From a virus: a stretch of DNA of 64,000 nucleotides. Positions 40,768 through 51,918 of the stretch are shown here, piece after piece. How positions within the stretch are numbered: the stretch's first letter is position 1; each line of letters begins with the position of its first letter. Position numbers and translations under genes: made by a program. Location: positions 49,073-113,072 of IMG/VR virus record IMGVR_UViG_3300032050_000037. One strand, written 5' to 3'. The notes under the pieces were generated by a model that was not told the DNA's origin, did not search any database, and worked only from the letters and a program-made list of their open reading frames with translations.

Positions 40768-41781
40768 ATGAAGTCATTAAAAAAGATTGCCGTTGCTTCG
40801 GCTGCAGCCCTAGCACTATTAGGCATTCAATCAATTAATGCATCAGCAGCACCTCTTGCGGTAACTGTTGCTGGTTCAGCAAATGCTACAACATCTACAG
40901 CGCCTGCGACTGCGAACGTTCCAGCCGACAATACAGTAGATTCAGCAGATGCAATTGCTATTGCAGCAACTGCAGATACTGGTACAGTAGTAACATTTAC
41001 TGCATCAAGTACAGTTAAGTTAGTAACAGCTTTGAGCGCTACAAATGCAGTAGTAAATGCTTCAGCAGGAACTGCAACATATTCTGCAACTTCAGCAGGA
41101 TCAGCAATTACTGTTTATGCTTATACAACATCAACAACAACAGGATCTGTAACCGTTGTTAATGGTTCATATTCAACAATTGTTTATGTAAAAGGAATTG
41201 CAGGAGCAGTTTCTAACGTAGGAGTATCCGTACCAACTGCAGTAGCAGTAGGAACTATCCCATCAATTACAGTAAACACAACAGACGTATTTGGAAATGC
41301 AGTTTCTGATACTGTGACAGCAACACTAATTGGTGGAACTTGGGCAGATGGCTCAATTTCTAAGCAAATTGTAACATCTACTGCAGCTCAAGTTGCAGCA
41401 GATTCAACCCTAGTGCTAGGATCTAAAAAAGAAAACCTAGCAGTAGCAGTAGTTGGAACTGTTACAGTTGCAGTAACTGGTGCAACATCAGCAACAGCCG
41501 TAACTGGATTAAATGTTCCAGTAAAAGCAGTTGTGGCATCATTTACAGTAACTGATTTAAATGGAACAATTGCACAATTGCAAGCACAAATTAATTCTTT
41601 GTCCAAGCAATTATCAGATGCTAATTCAGTAATTGCTGCAAATAAAATTGCAGCAGATGCAGCAGCAGCAGCAAAAGTTATTGCTGACGCAGCAGTAATT
41701 AAGGAAAAAGCCGATTACAATAAGTTGGCTACAGCCTGGAACAAGGCATTTCCTAAAAAGAAGGTTGCTTTAAAGAAGTAA
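40768..41781 (+). CDS. secreted Ala/Thr/Val-rich surface-layer-like protein
   Basis: Signal peptide (ASA), Ig-like beta segments, C-terminal coiled coil and basic tail; strong RBS. Confidence 0.65.
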   Translation: MKSLKKIAVASAAALALLGIQSINASAAPLAVTVAGSANATTSTAPATANVPADNTVDSADAIAIAATADTGTVVTFTASSTVKLVTALSATNAVVNASAGTATYSATSAGSAITVYAYTTSTTTGSVTVVNGSYSTIVYVKGIAGAVSNVGVSVPTAVAVGTIPSITVNTTDVFGNAVSDTVTATLIGGTWADGSISKQIVTSTAAQVAADSTLVLGSKKENLAVAVVGTVTVAVTGATSATAVTGLNVPVKAVVASFTVTDLNGTIAQLQAQINSLSKQLSDANSVIAANKIAADAAAAAKVIADAAVIKEKADYNKLATAWNKAFPKKKVALKK

Positions 41782-41793
41782 ATTCTTTATATT

Positions 41794-41824
41794 AAAAGGG
41801 CAGGGGAAACCTTGCCCTTTTTTT
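41794..41824 (+). terminator. intrinsic terminator
   Basis: AAAAGGGCAGG-GGAAA-CCTTGCCCTTTT + T run. Confidence 0.8.
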
Positions 41825-41973
41825 ATATAAATGATAGAATATATGTGTGGATTACATAGAGGATCAAATAAGGCAAAAAATATTGGATGAAATTAGATAT
41901 TTAGAATTACCTTATGAATGGAAACCACGAGAAGTAATAGATTATATAATTAGAAAAATTGGCAGGGAATAAA

Positions 41974-42192
41974 ATGGATAGCAAAAAAAGAAGTTTGTTT
42001 AAAGCTCTAACTTGGCCAGCAGTTCATATATTGTTTGTTGGAACTATGGTTTATTTTTTTGAAAAATTACTTACTGGAGAAGCCCATTGGGAATATGCTG
42101 GTGCTTTTGCTTTAATTTATACATTGTGCGAAATATTTGGGTTCTTTTTACATGAAAGAGCATGGGCTAAATTTGGAAATAGGATTAAGTGA
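41974..42192 (+). CDS. DUF2061-like membrane protein
   Basis: DSKKRSLFKALTW...FLHERAW. Confidence 0.75.
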   Translation: MDSKKRSLFKALTWPAVHILFVGTMVYFFEKLLTGEAHWEYAGAFALIYTLCEIFGFFLHERAWAKFGNRIK

Positions 42193-43048
42193 TTTCTAAA
42201 GAACAAATGGACTCTCCATACGTAGAGAGTTTATGCGAAAAAAAAGACTGTAATAATAAGGCAACTAGAATAATTAAAGATTTAAACCTATATTCATGGG
42301 TTTGTGAGTCATGTTATGGGAAATATAGATCCTAATCCTATAAATGCTATAATTGAGTAATGGATGGACTTCTAGACCCATCTAAATACAAACCTATAGG
42401 AGAAATAAAATGTCAGACGGAAAAAATTTAACAGGCTTCAATGAGGCAAAGCCAGCAGGTTCTTCACCATGGGCTACAGAGTCATACACAGAAGCTCCAA
42501 AAGCAGCATTCCCTGCAACAGATAAATCATCACAAGATGGCGCAGGACTAAACAACGGCGGTAAGTAATAATGTGTGTAGAATGCGGATGTGAATCAGTA
42601 GGAAGCGAAACAGGAATTGTTTCAGCTCCTATGTTAGATGTAACAAGAGATGGAGAAGCAGGACTAACATTAAATATGACTGCAACTTCAGAACAAAGAG
42701 AAAGATTTATTAATGAGTGAAAATGGTACAGGAATGGCAACTCCGCCAAACAATGAACCATCTGGAGCTTTAACTTCTCAAGAAGTTGGTCGTAAAAATC
42801 CAACACAGGGTAAGTTTAAATCTGGAATTCAAGATAAAAGATCATTAACCAGAATAGATAGAAATAAACACGGTATTCGTAGAGAAACAAATATCGGAGT
42901 AAAAAGAACTGGTAGATCTAAGAAAGTATAAATATGTGTAAACAATCAATATGCGACTCTTCGGAGTTGCATATTGATATTTTAAGAACAATAGATGATC
43001 AGATAGACGACGCAGAACAAACAGGAATTATTTAGTAGAAAGACTTTT

Positions 43049-43693
43049 TTGAGTAGAAAACCTTATTTAAGAGTAGCAGATGTTTTACTAGAAAGAGCTG
43101 TAAAAGATTCTGCTGATTATGCTGAACAAAATATGAAAGACGCCTTAGTCTTTTTTGATGAGAGTAAAGAATCAATGTGGCGTTATTGTTTAAAACAATT
43201 AAAATTTTATGGCATAATGGCTGAATTTGGTGTATTTAATGGTAAATCAATTAATTATATAAGTTCATTATTACCAAACTATAAATTTTACGGATTTGAT
43301 TCTTTTACAGGACTTAAAGAAGATTGGTCTGGTTGGGAGTGGTCTCAAGGAGATTTTTCATTAAATGGAGTTATGCCTGAAGTTAATAATAATGTTGAAC
43401 TAATTCCTGGATATTTTGATGAATCTTTACCAGACTGGTTGTCTAAAAATAATGGCCCATTTGCGTTTATTAATATTGATTGTGATACTTATGAGTCAAC
43501 TAAAACTGTTTTAAATTTATTAGGGAAAAATAGAATAGTGAAAGGTACAGTTATTATATTTGATGAATATTTTGGATATAATAATTGGAGATCTCATGAG
43601 TTTAAGGCTTGGCAAGAGTTTGTTTTAAATAATGATATAAAATATAAATATTTAGCCTTAAATCATTTACAGGTAGGAATTATTGTTCAATGA
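43049..43693 (+). CDS. TylF/MycF-like O-methyltransferase
   Basis: EFGVFNG, GFDSFTGL, IDCDTYES, IIFDEY. Confidence 0.85.
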   Translation: MSRKPYLRVADVLLERAVKDSADYAEQNMKDALVFFDESKESMWRYCLKQLKFYGIMAEFGVFNGKSINYISSLLPNYKFYGFDSFTGLKEDWSGWEWSQGDFSLNGVMPEVNNNVELIPGYFDESLPDWLSKNNGPFAFINIDCDTYESTKTVLNLLGKNRIVKGTVIIFDEYFGYNNWRSHEFKAWQEFVLNNDIKYKYLALNHLQVGIIVQ

Positions 43694-43720
43694 TTAAATA
43701 TATGATAGAATATAGACATA

Positions 43721-44446
43721 ATGTTTTATAATCGACCAGACTGCATCCAAATTGCTGAAGGAATATATGTCTTTAAAAACTATATTCCAGAAGAAATGTG
43801 CAATAGATTTTCTACAATATTAGATAAATTCGAAGAAAATAGATTTAAAGAAGATAAAAACTATATTCCTTGGTATGACGATAAAATGAGTCCATCGGTA
43901 CCAGAAGCCTTAGATTTGTGGGAACATGTGTCTGATCTTATTTATCCAGAGTATGTTATAAATCCACAATCACAATTCATATGTTCAAGACCAGGACAAG
44001 AAGGAATGTTTGTTCACTGTGATAGCCCTGGTAAAGAAAATGCTCATGAATTAACTCAAGAAGATAGTTATTCAACCTGTAGCATAATTGATTTTGGAGT
44101 TGTTGCATATATATCAAATTTTGAAGGTGGAGAAATATTTTATCCTGCTTTTTCAAAAGATGGAATTTTAAAATCAGAAAATAATTTTGATGAATCAGAT
44201 GAATTAATATACAAGCCTGGACTTGGAGACGTAGTTATACACAAATCAGAAGCTCCATATTTTCATGGAACAAAACCAGTATTGTCTGGTGTTAGATATG
44301 CCTTTTCTTGTTTTGCTACAAACATAGCACAAGTACCAGGAACTTTTTATTCATATAAAAGCCCAGAGTATTTAGAAAAAATTAAAGACAGGTCACAAGA
44401 GTCTTTTGATAATTGGTTGAATCCTATACAAAATAGCAAGGTTTAA
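43721..44446 (+). CDS. 2OG-Fe(II) oxygenase
   Basis: HCD, FEGGEIFYP, HGTKPV..G.RY. Confidence 0.85.
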   Translation: MFYNRPDCIQIAEGIYVFKNYIPEEMCNRFSTILDKFEENRFKEDKNYIPWYDDKMSPSVPEALDLWEHVSDLIYPEYVINPQSQFICSRPGQEGMFVHCDSPGKENAHELTQEDSYSTCSIIDFGVVAYISNFEGGEIFYPAFSKDGILKSENNFDESDELIYKPGLGDVVIHKSEAPYFHGTKPVLSGVRYAFSCFATNIAQVPGTFYSYKSPEYLEKIKDRSQESFDNWLNPIQNSKV

Positions 44447-44447
44447 T

Positions 44448-45269
44448 ATGTTTACAAAAAACAATAATATAAAACAAATTGCAGAAGAAATATGGATATA
44501 TAAAAATTTTATTTCAGAAGAAGAAAATAATAAAATAACTTCTTTAATGAAAGAATATGAAAATACATTTAAAGATAAAAAAGAAGCTTTTGTTTACAAA
44601 AATCAACATATTGATTGGTATAAAGATAAAACTGGCCCACTGCTAATTGATTTAAAGCCAATATGGGACAAAATATCCTATCTTCTATACCCAGAACACT
44701 ATATTCATCCACAACTTTTTGTTAACGTAATGAGACCTGGAGATGAAGGCATGTTCATACATGCAGATAGTCCAGGAATGAATATGGAGCATAAATTAAC
44801 ACAATTAGATAGATGGAGTACATGCTGTAGATTAAGTCATGGAATAGTAACATATTTTGGAGATTACGAGGGTGGAAACATTTATTATCCTAATATTGAA
44901 AAAGATGGATCTATTAAACAACGACCTCAAGATGATCAAGATTGTTTAGAAGTTGAAGTAAACCCAAGAGATTTAGTAATTCATGGAGCATGTCATCCAT
45001 GGGAACATGGGGTAAGAAAAATAACTGGCGGTACTAGATATGCTTATTCTAATTTTGCAATGGAAAAAGAACATGCGCCTGGAACTTTTGAGCTGTTTGA
45101 CCCAGAAAAACATCCTTTTATGAAAGAAGAAGAGGAAATAATTAGTTGGGTAAATACTGTACATCCAGAAACAACTTTTTGTAAAAAGAAATGCATTTGT
45201 GGACAATCTAAAGATTTTCCATATTGCGATAATACCCATAAAATAATTAATAAAAAATTAATTGACTAA
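44448..45269 (+). CDS. 2OG-Fe(II) oxygenase fused to C-terminal CDGSH-type [2Fe-2S] motif
   Basis: HAD, YEGGNIYYP, HGV...RY; CICGQSKDFPYCDNTH. Confidence 0.8.
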   Translation: MFTKNNNIKQIAEEIWIYKNFISEEENNKITSLMKEYENTFKDKKEAFVYKNQHIDWYKDKTGPLLIDLKPIWDKISYLLYPEHYIHPQLFVNVMRPGDEGMFIHADSPGMNMEHKLTQLDRWSTCCRLSHGIVTYFGDYEGGNIYYPNIEKDGSIKQRPQDDQDCLEVEVNPRDLVIHGACHPWEHGVRKITGGTRYAYSNFAMEKEHAPGTFELFDPEKHPFMKEEEEIISWVNTVHPETTFCKKKCICGQSKDFPYCDNTHKIINKKLID

Positions 45270-45427
45270 TTTGTTACAATATTGTAAAATAAATTAATGT
45301 TAAATAAAATAAAATGCAAGTTGTTTGGACATCCTTTGTTTAGATATACGTCCTGTCCATTTACTATGAAAAAATATTTTATTTGTGATTCTTGTGGATA
45401 TATAAAAGACGCCAATGGAGAAAATAT

Positions 45428-45694
45428 ATGAGAAAGCTTTTAAATGGAGAAACAGTAGAATCATATGAAAATGCTATAGATTTAACTATTCATACAAAAG
45501 CACCAGCTAAATGGAAATTAATTGATATGGAAACTGGTCAGGAGTATGTGGGCTCTGCAGAACCAAATGAGTATGGTAAATGGATCAGGATTAAAGATAA
45601 AGAAATATCTGAAGCTGGGTACTCAACAGGTAAATGGTCCGATGACGGTGACTGGAATATTCCAATAACTCCATTTAGAGATAAATTAAGATGA
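45428..45694 (+). CDS. hypothetical protein
   Basis: GGAG RBS before MRKLLNG. Confidence 0.55.
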   Translation: MRKLLNGETVESYENAIDLTIHTKAPAKWKLIDMETGQEYVGSAEPNEYGKWIRIKDKEISEAGYSTGKWSDDGDWNIPITPFRDKLR

Positions 45695-45848
45695 TTAAAT
45701 TTAGAAGTCCAATATACTGGGAACATAAGTTAAATGGTTTAGTGAATAAACTTTGTTATACATGCGGAAATAGATACGATACTACTTTTAAAAAAATAGA
45801 AAAAAAACAAGATAAATGTCCTTATTGTAAATATAGGGAATATGAATA

Positions 45849-46112
45849 ATGAAAGAATTTGATGCATATTGTAAATATTGTGAGATGGTTGTAAGGGGTA
45901 AAACTACAGCTATAAATCAATTGGAGTCTGGAAATTATCTATACATAGGGGAATGCCTAGTATGTTTATATGAAATTAGAAGAATTGTGCCTAAAAATAA
46001 AATTGAAAATAGTATTCCTGGTTATCAAAAAACTCCGCCAGAGTGGTGCGATGATTGCGTATCTCCACCAGGATCTCCATGTCCAGTTTGTGGATGTACA
46101 CATAATTGTTAA
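45849..46112 (+). CDS. Cys-rich Zn-binding protein
   Basis: YCKYC...CLVC...CDDC...CPVCGC. Confidence 0.55.
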   Translation: MKEFDAYCKYCEMVVRGKTTAINQLESGNYLYIGECLVCLYEIRRIVPKNKIENSIPGYQKTPPEWCDDCVSPPGSPCPVCGCTHNC

Positions 46113-46176
46113 ATACTATTGACTAAATAAGTATAAATATTATATAATAGATTATCTACTAGTAGAAAGAGAAATA

Positions 46177-48219
46177 ATGAGCGAAGCAAAATGCCCATTT
46201 ACGGGTAATGCATTAAACAATCAAAAAACATCAAATGCAGATTGGTGGCCTAATCAATTAGATTTGTCAGGATTAAGAAAGCATTCAGAAAAATCTGACC
46301 CAATGTCAGATGATTTTAATTATGCGAAAGAGTTTGAAAGTTTAGATCTTGATGCTATTAAAAAAGATATTGATTATCTTTTAACTACTTCGCAAGAATG
46401 GTGGCCTGCAGACTATGGTAACTATGGCCCATTCTTTATTCGTATGGCATGGCATTCAGCAGGTACATATAGAATTTCAGATGGTCGTGGTGGTGCTGGA
46501 GAAGGTCTACATAGATTTGCTCCACAAAACTCTTGGCCAGATAATGGTAATTTAGATAAGGCCCGTCGTTTGCTATGGCCTATTAAACAAAAATATGGAA
46601 AGAAAATTTCGTGGGCAGACCTTATGATTCTTGCAGGAAATGTTGCTCTTGAAAATATGGGATTTAAAACATTTGGTTTTGCTGGTGGCCGTGAAGATGT
46701 CTGGGAATCAGACGATACATATTGGGGATCAGAAAAAGAGTGGCTTGCAGACAATCGTTATAGCGGAGATCGTGAATTAGAAAATCCATTAGCTGCAGTT
46801 CAAATGGGATTAATTTATGTTAACCCAGAAGGCCCTAATGGAAATCCAGATCCAGTTCTTTCTGCAAAAGATATTCGTGAAACCTTTGCTCGTATGGCAA
46901 TGAATGATGAGGAAACAGTTGCACTTATTGCAGGTGGACATGCATTTGGTAAAGCACATGGTGCTGGCGATCCTTCACATGTTGGTCCAAATCCAGAAGC
47001 TGCCCCAATTGAAGATATGGGTCTTGGATGGAAAAACTCATTTGGAAAAGGTAATGCAGAAGACACAATTACAAGTGGTATTGAAGGTGCATGGACTGCA
47101 ACTCCTACTAAATGGGATAACTCATATCTTAAATTACTATTTAAATATGAATGGAAACAAACAAAGAGTCCTGCAGGAGCTACACAATGGATACCTACAG
47201 ATGAATCTGCTGCTAATTTAGTTCCAGATGCTCATATTGAAGGTAAATTCCATGCCCCAGTAATGACAACAGCAGACCTTGCTTTGCGATTCGATCCAGA
47301 ATATGAAAAAATTTCAAAGAAATTCCTTGAAGATTTTGATTATTTCTCAAATGTTTTTGCTCGTGCTTGGTTTAAGTTAACTCATAGAGACATGGGCCCA
47401 ATTGCAAGATATCTTGGTAAAGATGTACCATCAGAAGAATTAATTTGGCAGGATCCAGTTCAATCATCTAATATTAATATTGAAATAGATGCTATTAAGA
47501 ATAAGATTAAATCATCTGATATACCTATGTCACACTTTGTAGAGACCGCTTGGGCTTCTGCATCTACTTTCCGTAAAACAGATAAGCGTGGTGGCGCAAA
47601 TGGTGCCCGTATTAGATTACAGCCTCAAAATACATGGGAAATTAATAATAAGCCATCAATATTAAATGTTATTAGCTTCTTAGAATCTATTAAGGATAGT
47701 TTTAATGCATCACTTGCAGATTTAATTGTTTTAGCAGGATGTGCAGCAATTGAAAAAATTACTGGAGATCAAGTAGAGGTTCCATTTATTGCTGGTCGTG
47801 GAGATGCTACACAAGAGCAAACAGATATTGAATCATTTGCTGTTCTTGAGCCAAAGTTTGATGGTTTCCGTAACTATGTTCAGGAAGGTATACCAACCCC
47901 AGAAGAGGTTTTGTTAGTAGAAAAAGCTAACCTATTAGGTCTAACACCAGTAGAAATGGTTCTATTGTTATCTGGAATGCGAATGCTAAGTAATGAAAAA
48001 CTAGACAATAGTTATTTAGTTGATCTACTTTCCTATATTAATGCTGATCAGGCAAACGGGGTTCCTAGAGTGGATCTAATTATTGCATCTAATTCAGAAC
48101 TTCGTGCAATTGCTGAAGTATATGCCTCAGATGATGCAAAAGATAAATATATTAAAGACTTTATTTCAGCGTGGGATAAGGTTATGATGCTAGACCGATT
48201 TGATGTAAAGAAGGGCTAA
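46177..48219 (+). CDS. katG: catalase-peroxidase
   Basis: [42 protein letters not shown]. Confidence 0.95.
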   Translation: MSEAKCPFTGNALNNQKTSNADWWPNQLDLSGLRKHSEKSDPMSDDFNYAKEFESLDLDAIKKDIDYLLTTSQEWWPADYGNYGPFFIRMAWHSAGTYRISDGRGGAGEGLHRFAPQNSWPDNGNLDKARRLLWPIKQKYGKKISWADLMILAGNVALENMGFKTFGFAGGREDVWESDDTYWGSEKEWLADNRYSGDRELENPLAAVQMGLIYVNPEGPNGNPDPVLSAKDIRETFARMAMNDEETVALIAGGHAFGKAHGAGDPSHVGPNPEAAPIEDMGLGWKNSFGKGNAEDTITSGIEGAWTATPTKWDNSYLKLLFKYEWKQTKSPAGATQWIPTDESAANLVPDAHIEGKFHAPVMTTADLALRFDPEYEKISKKFLEDFDYFSNVFARAWFKLTHRDMGPIARYLGKDVPSEELIWQDPVQSSNINIEIDAIKNKIKSSDIPMSHFVETAWASASTFRKTDKRGGANGARIRLQPQNTWEINNKPSILNVISFLESIKDSFNASLADLIVLAGCAAIEKITGDQVEVPFIAGRGDATQEQTDIESFAVLEPKFDGFRNYVQEGIPTPEEVLLVEKANLLGLTPVEMVLLLSGMRMLSNEKLDNSYLVDLLSYINADQANGVPRVDLIIASNSELRAIAEVYASDDAKDKYIKDFISAWDKVMMLDRFDVKKG

Positions 48220-48329
48220 TCATGTTTTATTTGTTACATTCATCAGCTATTATTTTATTAATGTTAGGTTCATATGGCTTAGGCTACAGGAAAGCCAATT
48301 ATAAAATAAAAATTAAATAAAAAATTAAT

Positions 48330-49238
48330 ATGAATAATGACTATTTAGATAATGTATATTTGCCATTTATAAATAGCGAATTAAAAAATCATATTTTTAA
48401 TAATTATAACAGCTCTTTTAAAGAAAAAGATATTGAATATAAAATTAATAATTTTGGTTATAGAGGAACAGATTTTATAGAAAATGTAGATTTGTTATCG
48501 CTAGGATGTTCAAATACTTTTGGATTTGGGATTCCTAGCGAATACTCTTGGCCAGAATTATTAAAATCTAACAAGATTAAAACAATAAATTCTTTAGCTT
48601 CACCTGGAGACAGTGCCCAAGGGCAAGTAATAAAATTTTTTCAATACGTCAAACAATTTGGAAATCCTAAAAATGTAGTTGGAGTTTTTCCATGTTATAG
48701 AGCAGAATTTCCTTTAGAAAAGAATAAATGGGAAATATCTTCTAAAGAAAAAAAATTTACAATATTGCATAAAAATAAAGCAAGTATTACATTAGTAGAT
48801 TCGCATAACACTAATTTTGAAAAATATCATAAATCTCCATATGATCCTAATAAATTATTAACTACTGAAATTACAAGATACTATACTCATACTTTTATAA
48901 ATATTTTAGAAATTTATTGCAAAAATTTTAATATTAATTTTAAATATAGTATTTATGAACATGATTATAATTATGATTTTTTTGACGATGATATGAATTA
49001 TTTAGGTTCTTTAAAAGATTACATGTTAAATTATAGCAATAATTATTTTGCAATTGATTATCCAATACCTACATTATTAATTTCTAACGAAGAACTATCT
49101 TTTAAGTGTCATTCTGAATATGCTGATAATAAATATTTTTATAGGGCAAATGATTATATTCCTAATAAAATATCAGGACATTGGGGATTACATAGAAATT
49201 TACACGTTGCGGAAACTATTAATAAGTTATTAGTTTAA
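48330..49238 (+). CDS. SGNH-like protein (paralog of 25164-26231)
   Basis: NNFGYRG, LGCSNTFG, HWG..R. Confidence 0.6.
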   Translation: MNNDYLDNVYLPFINSELKNHIFNNYNSSFKEKDIEYKINNFGYRGTDFIENVDLLSLGCSNTFGFGIPSEYSWPELLKSNKIKTINSLASPGDSAQGQVIKFFQYVKQFGNPKNVVGVFPCYRAEFPLEKNKWEISSKEKKFTILHKNKASITLVDSHNTNFEKYHKSPYDPNKLLTTEITRYYTHTFINILEIYCKNFNINFKYSIYEHDYNYDFFDDDMNYLGSLKDYMLNYSNNYFAIDYPIPTLLISNEELSFKCHSEYADNKYFYRANDYIPNKISGHWGLHRNLHVAETINKLLV

Positions 49239-49245
49239 TATAAGA

Positions 49246-49725
49246 TTGGAATATAAAATAGGTAAAAGGCATAGAGTCAAGCCAGACTGTGGTTCACGTT
49301 CTGGTTATGATTGGCACAGAAGAGATGCAAAAGAACTGCCTTGTGATAGATGCAGGGAAGCTGAAATACAATATTGGCGGAATGAACTAATTAGGCGTGG
49401 CGATCAAATAAGAGCCAATAGTCGTAAATCTCGTGCTAAAAGATTATCAATATTATCAAACAATACTATATTAGAAAAAGATATATTAGAAAAATACGGA
49501 ACAGATTGCCATATATGCAAAAAGCCAATAGATCTCAACGCACCCAGACAAGTAGGAAAACCAGGATGGGAGAACGGTCTACATATTGACCATGTAATCC
49601 CTTTATCTAAAGGAGGGCCAAATACAATTGAAAATACAAAACCTTCTCACGGATATTGTAATATAACAAAGAATGCTACATTAATTAAAGAATACATATG
49701 GCTACAAGATAAGCTATTTGATTAG
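49246..49725 (+). CDS. HNH endonuclease
   Basis: CHIC...HIDHVIPLSKGG...H..CN..K. Confidence 0.88.
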   Translation: MEYKIGKRHRVKPDCGSRSGYDWHRRDAKELPCDRCREAEIQYWRNELIRRGDQIRANSRKSRAKRLSILSNNTILEKDILEKYGTDCHICKKPIDLNAPRQVGKPGWENGLHIDHVIPLSKGGPNTIENTKPSHGYCNITKNATLIKEYIWLQDKLFD

Positions 49726-49803
49726 TTGACTAGAATATATAGATAATATATACTATATACATCCCAATTAGTGAAAGCGAAAAGTGCGGCGGAAAGAGAG
49801 AAC

Positions 49804-50010
49804 ATGCAGTCAGTACCTGACCTTAGAAATGAAACCCTTAATTTAATAGATGATTTCATACTAGATCATATAGAGGATTTTAGCCATGAGGAGCTAATTT
49901 GGATTATAGAGGAGTTAGAGCAGTTAGCAAAATCTTTCTATAAGAAGTTCAAGGTAATGATAGATGAAGATATAGAGGAGTTGGCGGAGGAATTGGATGA
50001 TGATGATTAG
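49804..50010 (+). CDS. acidic hypothetical protein
   Basis: ORF after TTGACT-N17-TATACT promoter. Confidence 0.5.
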   Translation: MQSVPDLRNETLNLIDDFILDHIEDFSHEELIWIIEELEQLAKSFYKKFKVMIDEDIEELAEELDDDD

Positions 50011-50269
50011 ATATTTTAAGTTTAGAAATGCCCTCAGAAAGCTAATTAAAGAAAATGATGAGTTACTTGCCCTATTAGCCAAGTCAGAGTTAGATGAGAT
50101 AAGATACGAGTACTTTAATATGTCTTGGATAGATGATTATGATGGTCTATGGCGTGGGTGGATATACAATGAAAAGAATAATAGATACCTATTTGATGAT
50201 CTAGGGTCAAAGGATTTAGTTGAATATTGGAGTTATCAAGAGGAATGGGAAAAGTCTCTTGAGAAGTAA
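49997..50269 (+). CDS. hypothetical protein
   Basis: GGAGG RBS. Confidence 0.5.
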   Translation: MMMIRYFKFRNALRKLIKENDELLALLAKSELDEIRYEYFNMSWIDDYDGLWRGWIYNEKNNRYLFDDLGSKDLVEYWSYQEEWEKSLEK

Positions 50270-51371
50270 ATTACGTTGTCATGGATGTGAAAATTCTGGT
50301 CAACTGTTTTTACATGTTATGGAAGAGAAATTTATATACGCTTTATGTCAAAAATGTGTAGCAATACAATTAGACATTGAATATTATATGAGAAAGGATG
50401 GCAGTTTATGAAGAAGGTTATATTGTTACTCATGGCTATTATTGGGGTGACTGCAGGAGTTTTAGGAGTATTATTTACTCGTTTTTCAAAGAATATGGAA
50501 AGCTGGGAAATGGCTTGGGATGATGAGAAAGAGGACAATGCTCTGTAAATGCGATCAATCCAGCATGTTCCCTAGATGCAATAAAAATCCAGATTATTGC
50601 ATAAAACTGGAGAAAATCGTAGATACATCAAATCCTAATGTAGTCCATATAATATATCCAAATGGGCGGGACGTACCAGAAGAGATGCTAGATCCTAATA
50701 TAGGAGGATTTCTCGGTAGAAAGAAATGATATAATATTTATACCAATATGAACAATAACCAAGATAAATGCTATTACTGCAATAGAGAAGGCATATACAC
50801 ACAACCTGTGGATTATGCCATTGTAAGCGTATGCAGCAAACACTTCAATATGGCATCAGCATCCTAGATTCCCCCCTTCATTTAAACCTCTAAAAACCCC
50901 CTTTAAAGCCCATTTAGAGCTATATCTAGATCATATAGAGAAAAACAAATACTATCAATTTATCAGCAAATATTACTAATTATATATATAGACATTATAT
51001 GAGTAATTGAGCGATTCCCCATAATACTCCATAATACTCCACATGTCCCCACATATATCAAATGTTCAGGGATTTGTCAAGACCTCTCGTAAATGGCATA
51101 TTTTGCCCACTTTGTCAAGAGATTTTTGACATAATTTGGGCATAAATATATGCTAAATTTGCTAGACATTTTGCTATATTTATTATACATTTAGTCTAAT
51201 TTATATTATATTTATCTATATTATTAGACATTCTTCTATAAATTTCAGGGATTTTTTATAAGCTATCGTAAAGGGGATATTCTGCCCACGTTCCCACACA
51301 TAAAAATAGGACATATATATCCAAAATGTACATACAGTACAAATCGGACATTATGTCCTATATATGTTTAA

Positions 51372-51563
51372 TTATTTATTTATATATGTTACTGATACTG
51401 GTCCACATAGTTCATTGTATCTATCTAATTCCGCCTGCTTTTTTGCCTTCTCTATTTTCTTCCATTTACGGAATGAAGCTAGGGCATGATTCTTATCTTT
51501 GCCCCGCTTCGGATCCGTCCATTTCTTTGCCTTTTTATTTGGAGTCCCTACGGGCTTGCTCAT
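51372..51563 (-). CDS. small basic protein
   Basis: Coupled to upstream ORF (ATGA). Confidence 0.55.
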   Translation of the reverse strand: MSKPVGTPNKKAKKWTDPKRGKDKNHALASFRKWKKIEKAKKQAELDRYNELCGPVSVTYINK

Positions 51564-51829
51564 GCTAGTGGCTCATGCATTTCTATTACCTCAGCAAGAT
51601 GAGAGGCTAACATTAAAGCCTCAGAGGTTATACCCTCTGCCCAATAAGGTTCAAAATTGCCTGCTTGTTGTTTAATAATTTCCTTCATTAACTCCATAAG
51701 TCTATCTTGGGTATATAGAGGAAATCTATTTACAATAACGCTGGCGGCAATTACTGGATTAAACCAATGGTTGTCTAATACCTCTTGTAGTTGTTCAGCA
51801 ATTTTATCTTCATCTGTTTTCTTTGCCAT
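51560..51829 (-). CDS. hypothetical protein
   Basis: TTGACC-N17-TATAAT promoter upstream on - strand. Confidence 0.65.
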   Translation of the reverse strand: MAKKTDEDKIAEQLQEVLDNHWFNPVIAASVIVNRFPLYTQDRLMELMKEIIKQQAGNFEPYWAEGITSEALMLASHLAEVIEMHEPLA

Positions 51830-51918
51830 ATCCGCCTATTCCTTGTCTTTAGATTATATCAAAAAGGTTGGGGAAGGTCAAGGGCACGTACTCTCAACCC
51901 TCCCCAATGTTTAATAGT

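Noticed and set aside
42945-42978. Long cUUCGg hairpin as a novel ncRNA
   Set aside because: A single stem at an operon end; adequately explained as a terminator/stabiliser.
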